A DNA stretch of 63,718 nt, filler included, from Olpidium bornovanus S191 (lineage: Eukaryota; Fungi; Olpidiomycota), in assembly GCA_017911155.1 (NCBI GenBank). It is 25 parts of 25 records of this genome, joined end to end, with 100 filler letters (N's around TTAATTAATTAA, not from the genome) between each part and the next. Parts side by side here need not be neighbours in the genome. Positions count along the whole stretch, not along the records: positions 34,530 to 35,948 come from JAEFCI010006528.1; positions 36,049 to 39,750 come from JAEFCI010009900.1; positions 39,851 to 42,077 come from JAEFCI010007392.1; positions 42,178 to 45,342 come from JAEFCI010007798.1; positions 45,443 to 48,600 come from JAEFCI010000214.1; 20 more parts are not named here. One strand, 5' to 3'. This document shows positions 34,560 to 46,749 of this stretch, in pieces. The translations under genes were made by a program, and so were the position numbers. Below the pieces are notes generated by a model, which saw only the letters and a list, made by a program, of their open reading frames with translations, was not told the origin of the DNA and did not search any database. The stretch's first letter is position 1, and the number at the start of each line of letters is the position of its first letter.

Positions 34560-35926
34560 GTCCATAATCACAAACTTCTTACGCTTCTTCGATAAAGCTC
34601 AGCGCGTACTCGCCCAACAACTGCAAGACTATTAACAACACGCGGCCAAAGAGCAGGCGGTTAGGCATCACGATTTCCTGAGTCTTAAAAAAACGCAGCA
34701 AACAAAGACCAGAATTTTCCCGGTACTCACAATTCCCACCCAGACAGTAAACCTCTTGCGACAGAAGCATCCACAGCGCGAGCGGCAGGTAAGGCAGGCA
34801 CACCTTGAAGTCGAAATCGAGAGTGCGCAGCACAATCTCCTCGGCGCGGACCAGCGCGGCGTACCACTTCTGATATTCCTGGTCAATCGGAATGTATACA
34901 GAAATCAGAACATGTACGCAGAAATATATATATCGGCCCTCAAATTTTTAGCTAGGAAATTCAAATGAAAAACCAATAAAAGCGACTGCGGAAATCTGAA
35001 TAAAAGTTAGTCGACGCTGAAAAAGCAGACTTACATGGTCATCCGGCGATAACAGCTTATACTCCATCTTCCGCGCGTGCTGGGCAACCCGAGAGATAAA
35101 CTGCTCAATCGGGATGTGCCGTGGGCTCTCCTCGGACTTGCACGATATCCACAGACAAGCCGCGGCGCACTCCTTTATTGCGTCGATGCCCAGTGTATTG
35201 GGGTCCTCTTCTTTCAGCGATCAGATTTCCCCGTTTTCCTCGGCCGACAGCACGGAGGTAGGGAAAAGGAAGCCGCCAATCCACTTACAATATAGTGATG
35301 ATACTTAAAGGAAGACGCCATGTAAAACCTGTGCAAGTACACGGCCGCCGTCGAGATGGCTGTGGTCGGCCTGCGCTTAAAAAGTTGCAGTTAACCCAGC
35401 AAGGACTGCCGGAACTTTTGCCTTTTAGATTGCTTTTACGGAGAAAAAACTAGACTCACAGTTCGAGGTCTCGGCCAATGGCTTCAATGTAGTGAACCCC
35501 GCGCTGCCTATAGTACCTTTCCGTGTCCGGCAGAAACCCGTCTTTGACGCTCGGCGTACTCGTGAAACACTCTGGCGAGTAGAACCAACCCGACTGGCCC
35601 GCTCGAAGTGCGTACTGGCGCATTGTTCGCACCGGGTCCGACCGCAGCGACTTGGGATCAAGATGAGCAAGCCTCGCCCACGTTTCGGCATCAGCCGACG
35701 CCGCCCCGTCCTGCGGCGACGCCGCCGTGGTCGCGGAAGAGGCCGTGGATTCGGAACAGGGAGCCCCCCCCTCCAATGGCGGCGCCGAAGGGGCCAAAGG
35801 GGCGAGTGGAGAAGTCGCCCCAGTCCCCGTCGACCGATCGGAGGAGCAGGAAGCGGAAGAGCGGGAAGAAGAGGTAGAAACCGCGGCGGTCGCGGCCGCC
35901 CCGTTCGCCGACGAGGGAAGCGCCAC
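34560..35926 (-). CDS. Transcriptional cyclin (cyclin T/K; Pch1/Bur2/Ctk2-like), 5' part
   Basis: WFYSPECFTSTPSVKDG...ERYYRQRGVHYIEAIGRDLEL / PTTAISTAAVYLHRFYM / AEEIVLRTLDFDFKVCLPY. Confidence 0.85.
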
Positions 35927-36071
35927 GGCTTTCGCTGCCGGCGGGGGGNNNNNNNNNNNNNNNNNNNNNNNNNNNNNNNNNNNNNNNNNNNNTTAATTAA
36001 TTAANNNNNNNNNNNNNNNNNNNNNNNNNNNNNNNNNNNNNNNNNNNNAAAAAAAAAAACCCAAAAAAAAG

Positions 36072-36111
<40 letters not shown>

Positions 36112-36329
36112 GCCGTCGCCGAACGGAGGAGGAGGGCCAAAAGCGCTCGCGCACGCACCTTTGCGCCGCCAGTCGCCTCCTCCGCCCCTTTGGCCCTTGC
36201 GCTCGCTGCGCCGTGCGTGAGCTGCTCCGCGCGCCCCTCCCTTCCAACCCCGCCGCCCTTCTCGTCGTCCGCCGCTCGTCCCTTGTCGGCTCCCCAGTCC
36301 CAGGGCCACCCCTTCCCTCCCCTCCCTTC

Positions 36330-37919
36330 CCCCTTCCTTCTTCCTCCCCTTCCTCCGGCTTCCGGGAGAGGTCCTGCGGCTCCCGTTGGACGGACCGTCA
36401 GGAGGGACGAACCTTCCGCCCGGTCCTCCGCCAGTTCCTGCTGTCGGATAACGGAACCCGGAGCGGGAAAGCGAAAAAAGAGAGAAGGAAGGCAGGACAA
36501 AAAAAAAAAGAAGGGTGGAAGTCTCGGACAGGTCGGCCTTTCCAGACGCGTTCCCGCCGCAGGAGAGGCACCGCCGGACGCGCTCGCCTTTCCCGAAAGT
36601 TCTGGTCGCGGGGGAGGGCGTTGGTCAGCGCTTGCTTGCGTCGTTGCCGTCGGCAGTCCGGCCGACTTTTTGCTCGAGACTGCGAACTTCGAAAACGAAC
36701 CCTCAAACCTCAAAAGGCCGGCGGGACCGTTGTGCGCGATGCCGCGCATCGGCCGGCCCTTTGGGGATACGTTTGCCTCCTCCTTCGCGCCACTGTGTCG
36801 ACGGTCTTGGGCGAGCAAAAACCGAGAAGCTTGTTCTGGTTCTGCTTCGCCGGGGAGGCCAGGAAAAAAAAAAACTTCGGGTAAGTCCGTGAGACCCACG
36901 CCATAGCAAAGTCGTTTGCTCAGTGACGGCGGACTGCTGCCGCTTCCGCCCTTGGCGGGTTCGCGCTTCACCCAAGCGCCGTTTGTGTTCGTGAACAAGT
37001 CCCCCCCAAATACCCCCTTTGCATGACCGGGCTAAAGATTAAGCGGCGAATCAAACGTGCATCGGAGGCTAACTTACCCAGTTCGTTCGGTCTACCGGCA
37101 AATTCTGTTGAACTTTTTGCTTGACTGCTACCGATCTGCTATGTTTTCAGTCACACGCCGTACGTTGCGCTCCAAGTCGTCCGCAAATCGCGCAATCTGT
37201 CAAGACCCGAGCGACCGTTCCGAATCATTACATTGCATGACCGGGCAGATTCGACCGCCGACCGAGAGTGGGAAAGCACCGATACAACCGGCTGGAGCTC
37301 CTACGTGTTTGTAAGCTGGTGCGCGGCTGGGCGCCTCCAGGCAGTTCCAGTCGTCGCCACCTGCATCCTGCGATGACCTGGGCGAACCGAGAACAAGCGG
37401 GTAAGTACCGGTTGACCCGTACCGTGCTGCTGCGTGTTAAAACGCCGGTGCGCGGCTTTGGGGGGTTTGGAGAGGGAGGGAGGTGGGGGGAGAGAAAGAG
37501 GAGGGGGGAAGTAAAGCGATGGCATCGTTAACCGACTGTCGACTGTTTGGCCGGAATAGCAACGCAACGACGAACTAGGCGAAGGGCAAACAAAATACAG
37601 GGATATTCTTAAGGCGGAGCGCGGGAGCTGAGTCCAGAGTTGCGAGGAGGCCGGTCGCTGCCTCTGGGCGAAACCGTGGTTTGGTGCTTGTGTGGGACGA
37701 GGACGAAGGCAGGCGCCGGCGCTGGGCAGCGGCGGGTTGAGCACCGACTTCTGGGCGGCGGCGGGCGCTGGTTGCCGGTCGAGTAAGGGTGCGGCGGTGA
37801 GCTCCCCCGGCTAGACCGTGGCCAGCTGGTGAGCCGGGAGAACTTGCCAAGATCGACTTGCTGGAAGGCGCCGTCGATGCCCGGCTGGAGGGGATACCGC
37901 AGGCGTCCGTGACGTCCAC
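36330..37919 (-). CDS. Hypothetical multi-exon low-complexity protein
   Basis: Exon-like ORFs with GT/AG borders (MDVTDACGIPSS...; IARFADDLERNVRRVTENIADR; PGEAEPEQASRFLLAQDRR...). No family recognised. Confidence 0.3.
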
Positions 37920-38030
37920 GTTCTCCGGGAGGACCGCGGTGCGAAGTGGTCAAACGCGTCAGGGAAGGCCCGACCGGCGAGGTGCCCGCGCCGGCGGTCC
38001 ACTCGCGGTCGGCCAAAGGGCCGGACCGCG

Positions 38031-39200
38031 ATGCCGTTTAAGGCGGTGTTCAACTACAGCGGCGGGGCTGCTGGGAGGGAGCGGGCGAGCGCACAAGCTG
38101 CGAGCGGTTTGGCGACATATACCGGGAGCCTTGTGGACTATCTTTCGCCTTGCTACAATAGTAAGTGGGGGAGTGGAAGGAGGGGAGGGCGAGTGGGTGG
38201 GCAATCGCCCACCTTCAACAAGGGCTCCCCGCCCTCGCCGCCGCTGCACAGGGGGAGGGGGGATTGGAGGGGGGAGGGGGCGCGACGGAAGGGGGTACCC
38301 GACGGGCGGTCGTTGGGGGGGGGGCTTGCTCAACCTTCTTGGTATACACCAGGTACAGGACACCGCAGGTGTTGACGGAGCAGCGGCGGAAGACCTTCTT
38401 CGACGGCCTGCTCCGCGCAGGAGCGGAACGCGGCGTTGCTGAAGGCCCTGTTTTCCTCAACTCCGACCACCGGGGTTGGCGGCCGCTTTGGGTCCTAAAC
38501 AGCCTGGCCTGAGCTCGCTCGACATATGGAGGCTCATCCGCTGTTCCCGGTTTTGGTTCAGCTACACGAGTGGCGAGAAGTGCTGGCCTTTGAGCCGCAC
38601 CGGGCGGTGACCCCGAGCCACCTCAGCGAGGTGGTGGAGCGCTGCAGAAACGTGGAAATTCCGCCAGAAGCGCTGGCTTTTGACGCGCCGCTGAGGCAGG
38701 GCATCCGAGTGCTTGTCGAGCAGATCGAGAAGCTTGTTCAGCACCACTTCGCGACGGAGGCTAATTTGCGAGGGTTCCAGAAGACCGTCGAAGAGCGCTT
38801 CGACGAATTCCTGGCCCAAGCGCTGCCGACTGGAACCGCCTCGGCCGAGCTCCCCCCTCCGCCGTCAATGCGCTCGAATCACCCGCCGGCGGCGGTGGCC
38901 GTCCTCAAAGACTGGTTCTTCGCAAATCTTGAAAACCCGTACCCGTCGAAAGAGGAGCGAGACCGATTCGCCGGCCAGACGGGGCTGACGCAAAAACAAG
39001 TTTCGGAGTGGTTTGTACGTAGCCTCCCAGGTTCGCCTCCCCGTTCGCCGCCGGGTGAGGGGGCCGGCGTGGGGGGGGGGGTAGAGAGAGAGAGAGAGAC
39101 CGGCGAGGCTGATGGGGAAATGGGGTCTCTCTCTTTTTTTGTTTCGCCTGTTTTACGCAGGTGAACGCTCGTCGCAGACTGCGTGAACGTCCGTCGCGGT
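38031..39200 (+). CDS. TALE-class homeodomain transcription factor with MEIS/PREP-like N-terminal domain
   Basis: Homeodomain AVAVLKDWFFANLENPYPSKEERDRFAGQTGLTQKQVSEWF|VNARRR (PYP loop; intron before VNARRR). Upstream HPLFPVL and DAPLRQGIRVL boxes. 5' and 3' limits uncertain. Confidence 0.9.
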
Positions 39201-39850
39201 GAGGGCGAGGATCACGCCGGAATCCCCCACATGTACGTTAAAGCAAACATCCGGGCTGCCGTTTGCGTTTGCGTTCGGGGGACGGGTGGCCTCGGCAGAT
39301 CCCTGGTTAATGTCGGGCGTCGTACTCCACTTGATTTCATCAGAGAAAACCCGTCATCAACGATAAACCCTGGACAGGTCCCTCTGTTCAGGACTTTTAC
39401 ACATTTTTGCGGAAAACACCTCTCTCGCCCACCTCTGACGCATCCTTTCGTCTCCCTCCCCACACACCCACCCGCACTCCCCGCCCCGTTCCCCCCGCGA
39501 GGAACCTCAATTCCCGCCCAGCCATAACGGCACCCAGCCCGGTTTTAGGCGTAGCCCGCGGCCGCAACAATTTTTAATACACGCCACTAAACGGAAGGAG
39601 AGCCGGCTTGCCCGGCCCCTCCACCCTCTTCCCTTCCCTCCGCCTTTTTCCGCCTCCTCCCTCCCCCCTACACACACACACACACACGTGGTTTTTGGGC
39701 TGTGCGTTCCCCAATCATATGCGAACTCCGTGGGGCGCGGGGGAAACATGNNNNNNNNNNNNNNNNNNNNNNNNNNNNNNNNNNNNNNNNNNNNTTAATT
39801 AATTAANNNNNNNNNNNNNNNNNNNNNNNNNNNNNNNNNNNNNNNNNNNN

Positions 39851-39975
39851 ACGGAAGACGTCTACGTAGAGCAACCAGAAGGATTCGCCAATGGGGTCAA
39901 GGTTTGCAAACTCCACCGAGCGCTCTACGGCCTCAAACAGAGCGGGCGAGCGTGGAACCAATGTCTGCATGTTAC
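39851..39975 (+). mobile_element. Ty1/copia reverse transcriptase fragment
   Basis: EDVYVEQPEGFANGVKVCKLHRALYGLKQSGRAWN, the RVT_2 LYGLKQ signature. Confidence 0.92.
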
Positions 39976-41191
39976 TGCCGCTAGACACACCAAAGGTACG
40001 TCCGCACTGTGGTTTGCCCCTGTCACGTTATCCTTACATCCATACAGTGGAACATTCTAGAATTTTCATAAAATTTAGTAATGCGTGGTTTCTCGGCATT
40101 TTGTATTGAGAGTTAACGGCAACCTTTGGAAGAGTTTTCCGAAAGCCCCAAACCTAACGGTTCAGGAATGACAGGCCACACGTTCCAGCTCCGAGGGACA
40201 ATGCATTATCTTGAATAGCGATCCATAGAATGCCCGACGCCCTTGAAGAATACATTTATAGGCATATTGACATTTTTTTTATCCCGCATAGTTCTGAGCA
40301 TTTTCCATAATAAGATTCGGGTTTATTCATGAATTGACTAGACAGCCAGGCAGAGTGCAAACAAAAGGTTGGTCAGAGGTGGCCATGGGAGCAATGTTAG
40401 GAACCCCGAGTGCGAAACAAACACCTACTGTCTCTGAGAGAGCTTCTACTCCTCCCCACTTTCCTTTCCGACACTCCGCACACACTCTCTCCGCCCCCGC
40501 CAAAAGGGTGGAGAACCAAGTTTTGGGCCCTCGTCGCCATCCCCCACCCAGCATCCCCGCGGCGAAATTCGCATGCAACCCTCCGAACGACAGAAATGAC
40601 GACGGACGTCCCTTCCAAAGGCCCTGCCGCGCATGACGCAATCGACGCACATGCGTGCAATGGGACTCGCGCAGGTAAGAAGCAGCGCGGCCCCTGAGAG
40701 GGCGGCCGGACATTAGAATGGTTAACGCAGCATTTAGGGAGGCTTGTGTCGGGGGGGGGGGACCTGTAGGAGGCGTAGCGTATAAGATTACTTGGACTCC
40801 CTCGTAGATACCGTCCGAAAGTTCACTCCCCACTCGCATGCGAACTCTCCGCGGCCGAACCAAAAACAAAGCTTTTTGACATGTGGCAGATAACGGCGCG
40901 AGCTGTCGCCGCAAAGCGGGTCGTTTTAAGGGGATGGGGGGAAGGGTCATTTTTGTAAAAGAAATCGAGGGAGAACGGGAAGGCTTAGACGGCCCGTGGG
41001 AATCACGCGCCGGCGACGATGCCCTCCCCGTAAACCCGTGTATAATTGGTGCAAAGGTCTGCATTTTAAAAAGGTAAAAATAAGATAGAGTTTCTACGAG
41101 AATCTACAGGACTTCATGTCACGATTCTTCCCGCCGCGCCTCGCGCTCGCTCTCCCGCTTACGCCCGGGCTGTGTTTACAACAATTCCCCG

Positions 41192-42010
41192 TCACAGGAA
41201 CAACTTGCGCACGTCCTTGGGCTTCACGTTGCTCTGGCATGCCGCGCATTTTTTCGCGGACTTTACGTTGGAGATGCACTCGTCGCAAAACACGTGCCCG
41301 CACCGGGTGGTGTGCCACCCGGACTCCGGCATGCGCAGGCAGATGGGGCACTTGATGCGGCCGGGAACGACAATCTTCCGTCTTTTCTTCGCAGGCAGCG
41401 TATCGGATTGCGAAGACCCTCCGTGCCCTGCTGCTGCTGCCGCCAACAACGTGCCATCGTGTCCGACGTTTGCTTCATCGGCCCTCCGCCGCTTGACTTT
41501 GGGGTGGGTTGCGCATGGCCTCGATGCGGATGCCGGAAGCGATGATTCCGAGGGCAAACTCATTCCGACAGACCCGCCAGCGGGTTGCGTGACGGACTCC
41601 AAGCCCTGTTCGCCAATCTCTCCGCTCTCGGCGATGTCGACATACACTTCCAACATCGAATTCCGCGTGTATCCCAATGGCTCCAATCTTCTCACGTACG
41701 CAGGCGCGGGCTTCGGGGCCGGCATGGGAGGCAGCCTCGACCTGTCGTTCGTTTCATCCGGCGGCGAGAGTTCCAATTGACGGAAGCCCCGGCCGGCCAG
41801 GGAGTAGTCCAGGCGGATCTCGCCAGGCGCAGGCCCGCCAGCAATCGTCCGAGAGCTTAAGGATTCGGAAGTTCTAATTGCCGCATCCATCATGATACGG
41901 AAAACGTCTTTTGAAGCAATGAGCGTATTAACCAGTGAGTTGTGGTACACTGAGACCATGCTCCAGAATAATTCCACGAAAACTCCTGAATTTTGCTCTC
42001 TCGCCCCCAA
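41192..42010 (-). CDS. C-terminal C3HC4 RING protein (RNF4/Slx8-like architecture), 3' part
   Basis: CPICLRMPESGWHTTRCGHVFCDECISNVKSAKKCAAC...VRKLFL* at the extreme C-terminus; basic NLS-like KKRRK; SIM-like VYVDI. Confidence 0.8.
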   Translation of the reverse strand: MGAREQNSGVFVELFWSMVSVYHNSLVNTLIASKDVFRIMMDAAIRTSESLSSRTIAGGPAPGEIRLDYSLAGRGFRQLELSPPDETNDRSRLPPMPAPKPAPAYVRRLEPLGYTRNSMLEVYVDIAESGEIGEQGLESVTQPAGGSVGMSLPSESSLPASASRPCATHPKVKRRRADEANVGHDGTLLAAAAAGHGGSSQSDTLPAKKRRKIVVPGRIKCPICLRMPESGWHTTRCGHVFCDECISNVKSAKKCAACQSNVKPKDVRKLFL

Positions 42011-42472
42011 TTACTTTTCGTCCGTACCTGTGTCGAGCAAACTGCTGCCGGAATGGAAACGGATTTGGGACAAGAGGNNNNNNNNNNNNNNNNNNNNNNN
42101 NNNNNNNNNNNNNNNNNNNNNTTAATTAATTAANNNNNNNNNNNNNNNNNNNNNNNNNNNNNNNNNNNNNNNNNNNNGGGAGGGGGGGGGAAGGGGGGGG
42201 AAGACGGGAAGGGGAAGAAGGGACCGAACGTTTTCAAGTACGGGAAAAGATTGATAATAGCGCGAGCCGAAGGGGCGGGGATGGAGACCAAAGGTACAAT
42301 AATGTTAGAATTACAGTGGAAAACGAGGGACGGGGTTGGGGCGGGGAGGGGGAGGAGGGGTCATTTACAACTTTACAAAGTATGTCCAGGCTTTTTCCGA
42401 TCTTTCTCTTCTTTCTCTTCTTTCTCTTCTTTCTCTTTTTTCCTTCTTTTTTCCTTTTTTTTTTCTTTCTTC

Positions 42473-45117
42473 TCATTCCGACACTTTGAGGTTGCTCACG
42501 TAGAGGTACCTCATGAACTTCCTCTGCACTTGCGCGTCCCACGCGATACGCCTCGCAAGGTTGATCCAGTCCGGGACGCCCAGCGGCTCGGCGCACCGCG
42601 GCGAGCCGGCCGCGCCGACGCCGCCGCCGTCGCCGCCGAGCGGGTACTCCTCGCGCGCCACGTACTCGACCTCGTAGCCGGGAAACCTTGCCGGCCGCGC
42701 GGCGGCGCCGTTTCGCTGGTAGAGCGCGGCGAGGTCGACGTAGTACTGCACGTAGTCCGTGATCTCCCCGAACCGGGACCGGGCCCCCGCGACAGCCGGC
42801 GGAGAAACGGCCGCCGCCTGCGCGCATTTAGGATCGCCCCCCGTGTAATATTTGAAAACCCTCAGGCTTGGGTTGTACACCGGTATCACGCTGGGCGTGA
42901 CGTGCACGACGGAATACGCGGCGTCGTCTCCGGCGCCGCCGGCGCGCTTGGGCAGCTTCCTGAACGACTTGATCAGCTCCCCGACGTACGACCTGCTCAT
43001 GACGGACACGACCGCCTCCTGGCTGTTGTCGCGTGTGGAGACCGGGTGGATCAGCGAGTCGGTCCTGTCCAACGCGACGAAGTTTGCTTTCTCGTCGTCG
43101 GACCGGCCGTTTTTACCGTCGTCGCCTTCATCATCGCCGTCTATGTCCTCGTCTACGTCCTCTTCTTCGCCAGTTTCGCCGTTTGCATCCTCTTCTTCGT
43201 CAACTTCGCCTTTTATCTCCGCGTCTTCGTCAACTTCGCCGTCTATGGCCTCGTCTTTGTCAACCTCGCCTTCGTCGTCCTCGTTTTCGTCCCGCTCCGC
43301 TTCCCCGCGTTCGTAGACCCCGGTAGTCCCGACCGAGCTGGCGTACTCCTCCTTCAGGAAGAAAAAGTGGTCGAGGTTGTTGTGCCCAAAGACCTGCGCG
43401 GCGATGACGTCCCTGAATTCCGAGACAATCCTGGTGTATTTCTTGAGGCACCTGGGATAATAGTTCGAAGTGGCGGGCGACACGTGTCCGGATATCACGA
43501 CTTTCATCTTGCGCCGACGGAGGAGGCGCAGGGTGACCTTGAGCCAGGCGAGGTGCGCTTTCCCGGGGCAGCGCTTTCCTTTGCATCCGTTCACGGCCGT
43601 GTTCGAGTTGTAGAAATACATCGTGTTAAGGGATATCGCCGCGATCTTGTTCGGGACGACGTCGCGGACAAAATACCCCCCGCGCTGGAACACGTGGAGT
43701 TGATCTCCCTGACGACAGCAGAGCGAGGGAAAAGTGCTTTGGCGTCAGCGTGCTGCAGAGCGAAAAAGGAAACAAGCCGGCCGTTTCCCCAGATTGCACA
43801 TATCCCACCGGAATAAAAGGCGACCAGGCAGACATGAACCGGTTTATGGTCGGGTTCGGCCCTTTTGGAAGAATATTGTGCGGATATATGTCGTTGTTCC
43901 TTGGGGGAACGAAAGCGAGGGTTCTTCCGTGGTAAGGAAATTCGAAAACAATCGACCGCGCGCGGCAGCGGCCGCCCCGCGGTTACGCTTACCCAATGGA
44001 GGGCACCACTGGAATATTACCCGCGAAGGTCTTGCGAAACATAGTGGCAATGTACCGATTAAGAGCATTTATTTCTTTTTCGGAACGCGGGTTTTTGCGA
44101 TCGCTGTCGTGCCTATGAGCGCCCCGCGCCGTCAGCACGCGGCAGCTAAAAGATTCAGCGGCATTTCTTTTCTTGCGGTTTTCGCCGGGTTCTTACCGAG
44201 CATTGTCTCCTGTCTGGGGCGAAGCCGAAAAAAACATGAGACATGGGAGTGCGGTGCTAACCAGATAAAAATACGCAGGAGAAAAAGCGGGGCAACGGCG
44301 ATCGCATAAAACAGCCCCTCAAAACGCAGAGGGGTTGAAAAACAGAAAATTTGAAACGTCCGGTCGAAACTCACCCAAATAATAAAGTCTATCTTATCCC
44401 CTAGTTCGCGTCCTGCCCAAGCGAATGTGGCGTTCACCAAGGAAAACGGGCTGTCGCAGCTGGTCCCCGGGGCGCCCCACCAGCCCGCCTCGTTGTGCTG
44501 GAAATTTTGGAGAAACTCGCCGTCTTCGCCGGTGCCGTTATTGTTAAATGCGAGCGAGCGCGCTTTCGCCGCTCCGCGGTTCCCGCTGTCAAGCGTGATG
44601 TCGGGTGCATTTCGAAACCTGTGGCACGAAGACGATATCGTACTTCCTGGGAGGTAGAATTCGTCCTGGCGCTCCGGTCAATTATTTTGTAAACGGGGTA
44701 AGAGATGCCAAAAGGGGGCAGTGGCCTGGCGCCGACGGGGGGGCGGCGGCGCGTGCGCTCCGGAGTAGTCGGCGGCGGGAAGTCGTTTTGAACATTGTCC
44801 GCGGGGGTGGGGAGTGGGAGAAGTGCAACGCTTACTGGGTGGATGTCGGTGATGTGCAGGAAGGCTCCGTGGAGATTGCGCGCGCGCCCCGGGTCATTGG
44901 CGGGGGCGGCCCGGCGGAGAGCCTGCGGCGACGGCCGGTCGGACGCGGAGGCGTCGGCGTTTGCGGGGGCGAGGCCTTGGAGAAGGAGCAGGAGCAGCGG
45001 CAGCAGCAGCGCAGAGGGGAAGAAGGCGGTTCTTGCGCCGGCGGCCTTTGCGCGTCTGGAGCAAGAAAAGCCCCCGGGAGAGGCGGCGGCCACGCACGCC
45101 GGCGGCCTGGGTTTCAT
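42473..45117 (-). CDS. PPN1: Endopolyphosphatase Ppn1 (metallophosphoesterase), multi-exon
   Basis: N-terminal hydrophobic segment, GAFLHITDIHP, WGAPGTSCDSPFSLVNATF, ISLNTMYFY, ISGHVSP, FGHNNLDHF, PSVIPVYNPSLRVFKY. Confidence 0.92.
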
Positions 45118-45274
45118 CGGCCCGCGGGGTAGGGGGCCCCGCCGTCTTTCGGGCGGGCGGGTCGGAAGGTTTTTGTTTTTTTTTTTTGTTTTATTTTTTT
45201 TTGAGAAAAAACGCGGGGGGGTTGGAAATGAGAGAACCCCGTTCCCCAACCAAGCGCATAAAGTTTGGAAGAGA

Positions 45275-45313
<39 letters not shown>

Positions 45314-45442
45314 GGCGCCGGCTGGATTTTCGGTCGGCCACCNNNNNNNNNNNNNNNNNNNNNNNNNNNNNNNNNNNNNNNNNNNNTTAATTAATTAANN
45401 NNNNNNNNNNNNNNNNNNNNNNNNNNNNNNNNNNNNNNNNNN

Positions 45443-46749
45443 CAGGCCATCAAAGCGGTACCATCACCGGCAACGGGAGAGTTGGACGCCGGTTCCGACG
45501 AACCTGACATCGGAGACAAGACCGTATTTGTCACCTGTACAGTCAGCGGCGTAAGGACATGCCAGGGTTTCATGGTGCACTCTCGGCCCGTTCCGCTGGG
45601 CGTCTCCGATCCTAGGGATTGTCTCCACCGGAGGCCAGCCTTCCGGCGTTTCAAAATCTGCTTCAGCCGCGATCGCAAAGATCGTGGGCTGAGAGCATCC
45701 CGTACGATTTGCTGCTGGAGCTTCCGGTTGACCCTGGTCACCCCAGGGTTTGAGGTGTCATCCCAGTCAATGGAAGCGTCAGGATACCCTGGGGTCACCG
45801 ACCCGCCGACGCCTTGTCGGCTCTCCGCTGCCGACCGGTCGTCCGGCGTGATCGAGATAAGTTCAGAGTCATTGTCACCACCATCCATCGGAGCAGTATG
45901 GGACGACACCTTTATCGTCCTCAGCAGCCAATCCGGGATAATATGTTGGTTATGGGCGAGGACGATCTGCGGCTGTGCCTCCTCCAAGTCATCCTGGCTG
46001 GCGTACGAAACGTTCACCACGCCGAGATATGTAGCCGTGAACCGCATCATGTCAGGATAAAGGCGTTCAAGCGCCTCATAAAAATCCTTTTCCCTCCTCG
46101 ACAAGGGTTTGCACACTGCTCTTTCCGAGAACCGAAGAAACGGAGCGTGCCCACCAACCTGGTTCGAAAAGGGAACAAGGGGCACGGAAGCGACGTTTGA
46201 ATTGGGAGCTCTGAGCAGGTGGTCCAACTCATCAGGGTCGTCGCTGTCTTCGTCTGAGAGTTCTGGAGGGGAGGTCGGCCTTTCGAACTCGAATGTGTTC
46301 GAGGAGCACCAATCAGCCCGAGAGGGCGCAGGGGACTGGGCGTCGTCTGCTTTCAAGGACTGGCTCTGGAACATCCAGGCGTCTTCGCAACCCTTATGAC
46401 CGGAATGAACAAGCGAAGCGCCAGAGCCGTCCGCGTCCGCGGCCAGGATTTCGTCGGGCACGCCGACTTTCAAACCAAGCGTCTTTGAAAGGCAGGAGGG
46501 CTGTCGCCGAGCGCTCCGAACGCGGCGCGACCCTACGGCGTTCTCCAGGTCGCTGCTGTCCACACGTCGTTTGCTTTCGACTTCCCCGCCCGGTTGCGTT
46601 TTCCGAAGGCCGGTGGCCGGGTCATGGGCTCCAGCAGCGTTGGTCGGAAAAGAAGGTGGAGGCAGCATGGAGTGCCGCTGAGGCGCATAATCGCCGAAAT
46701 CAAAACGCTTTTTGTTACGTTCGCGAAACTTCGCGCTGCAGTCGGCCAA
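45443..46749 (-). CDS. KCS1: Inositol hexakisphosphate kinase Kcs1-like, 5' part
   Basis: VPLVPFSNQVGGHAPFLRFSERAVCKPLSRREKDFYEALE...FTATYLGVVNV, the fungal IP6K N-lobe. Catalytic C-lobe lies beyond the contig end. Confidence 0.88.

Noticed and set aside
36330-39200. Divergent HD1/HD2 mating-type pair
   Set aside because: The minus-strand gene divergent from the TALE gene shows no homeodomain (no WFxN motif).
42473-46749. PPN1 next to KCS1 as a polyphosphate/inositol pyrophosphate gene cluster
   Set aside because: The genes are on different contigs separated by an artificial spacer (45343-45442); the adjacency is arbitrary.
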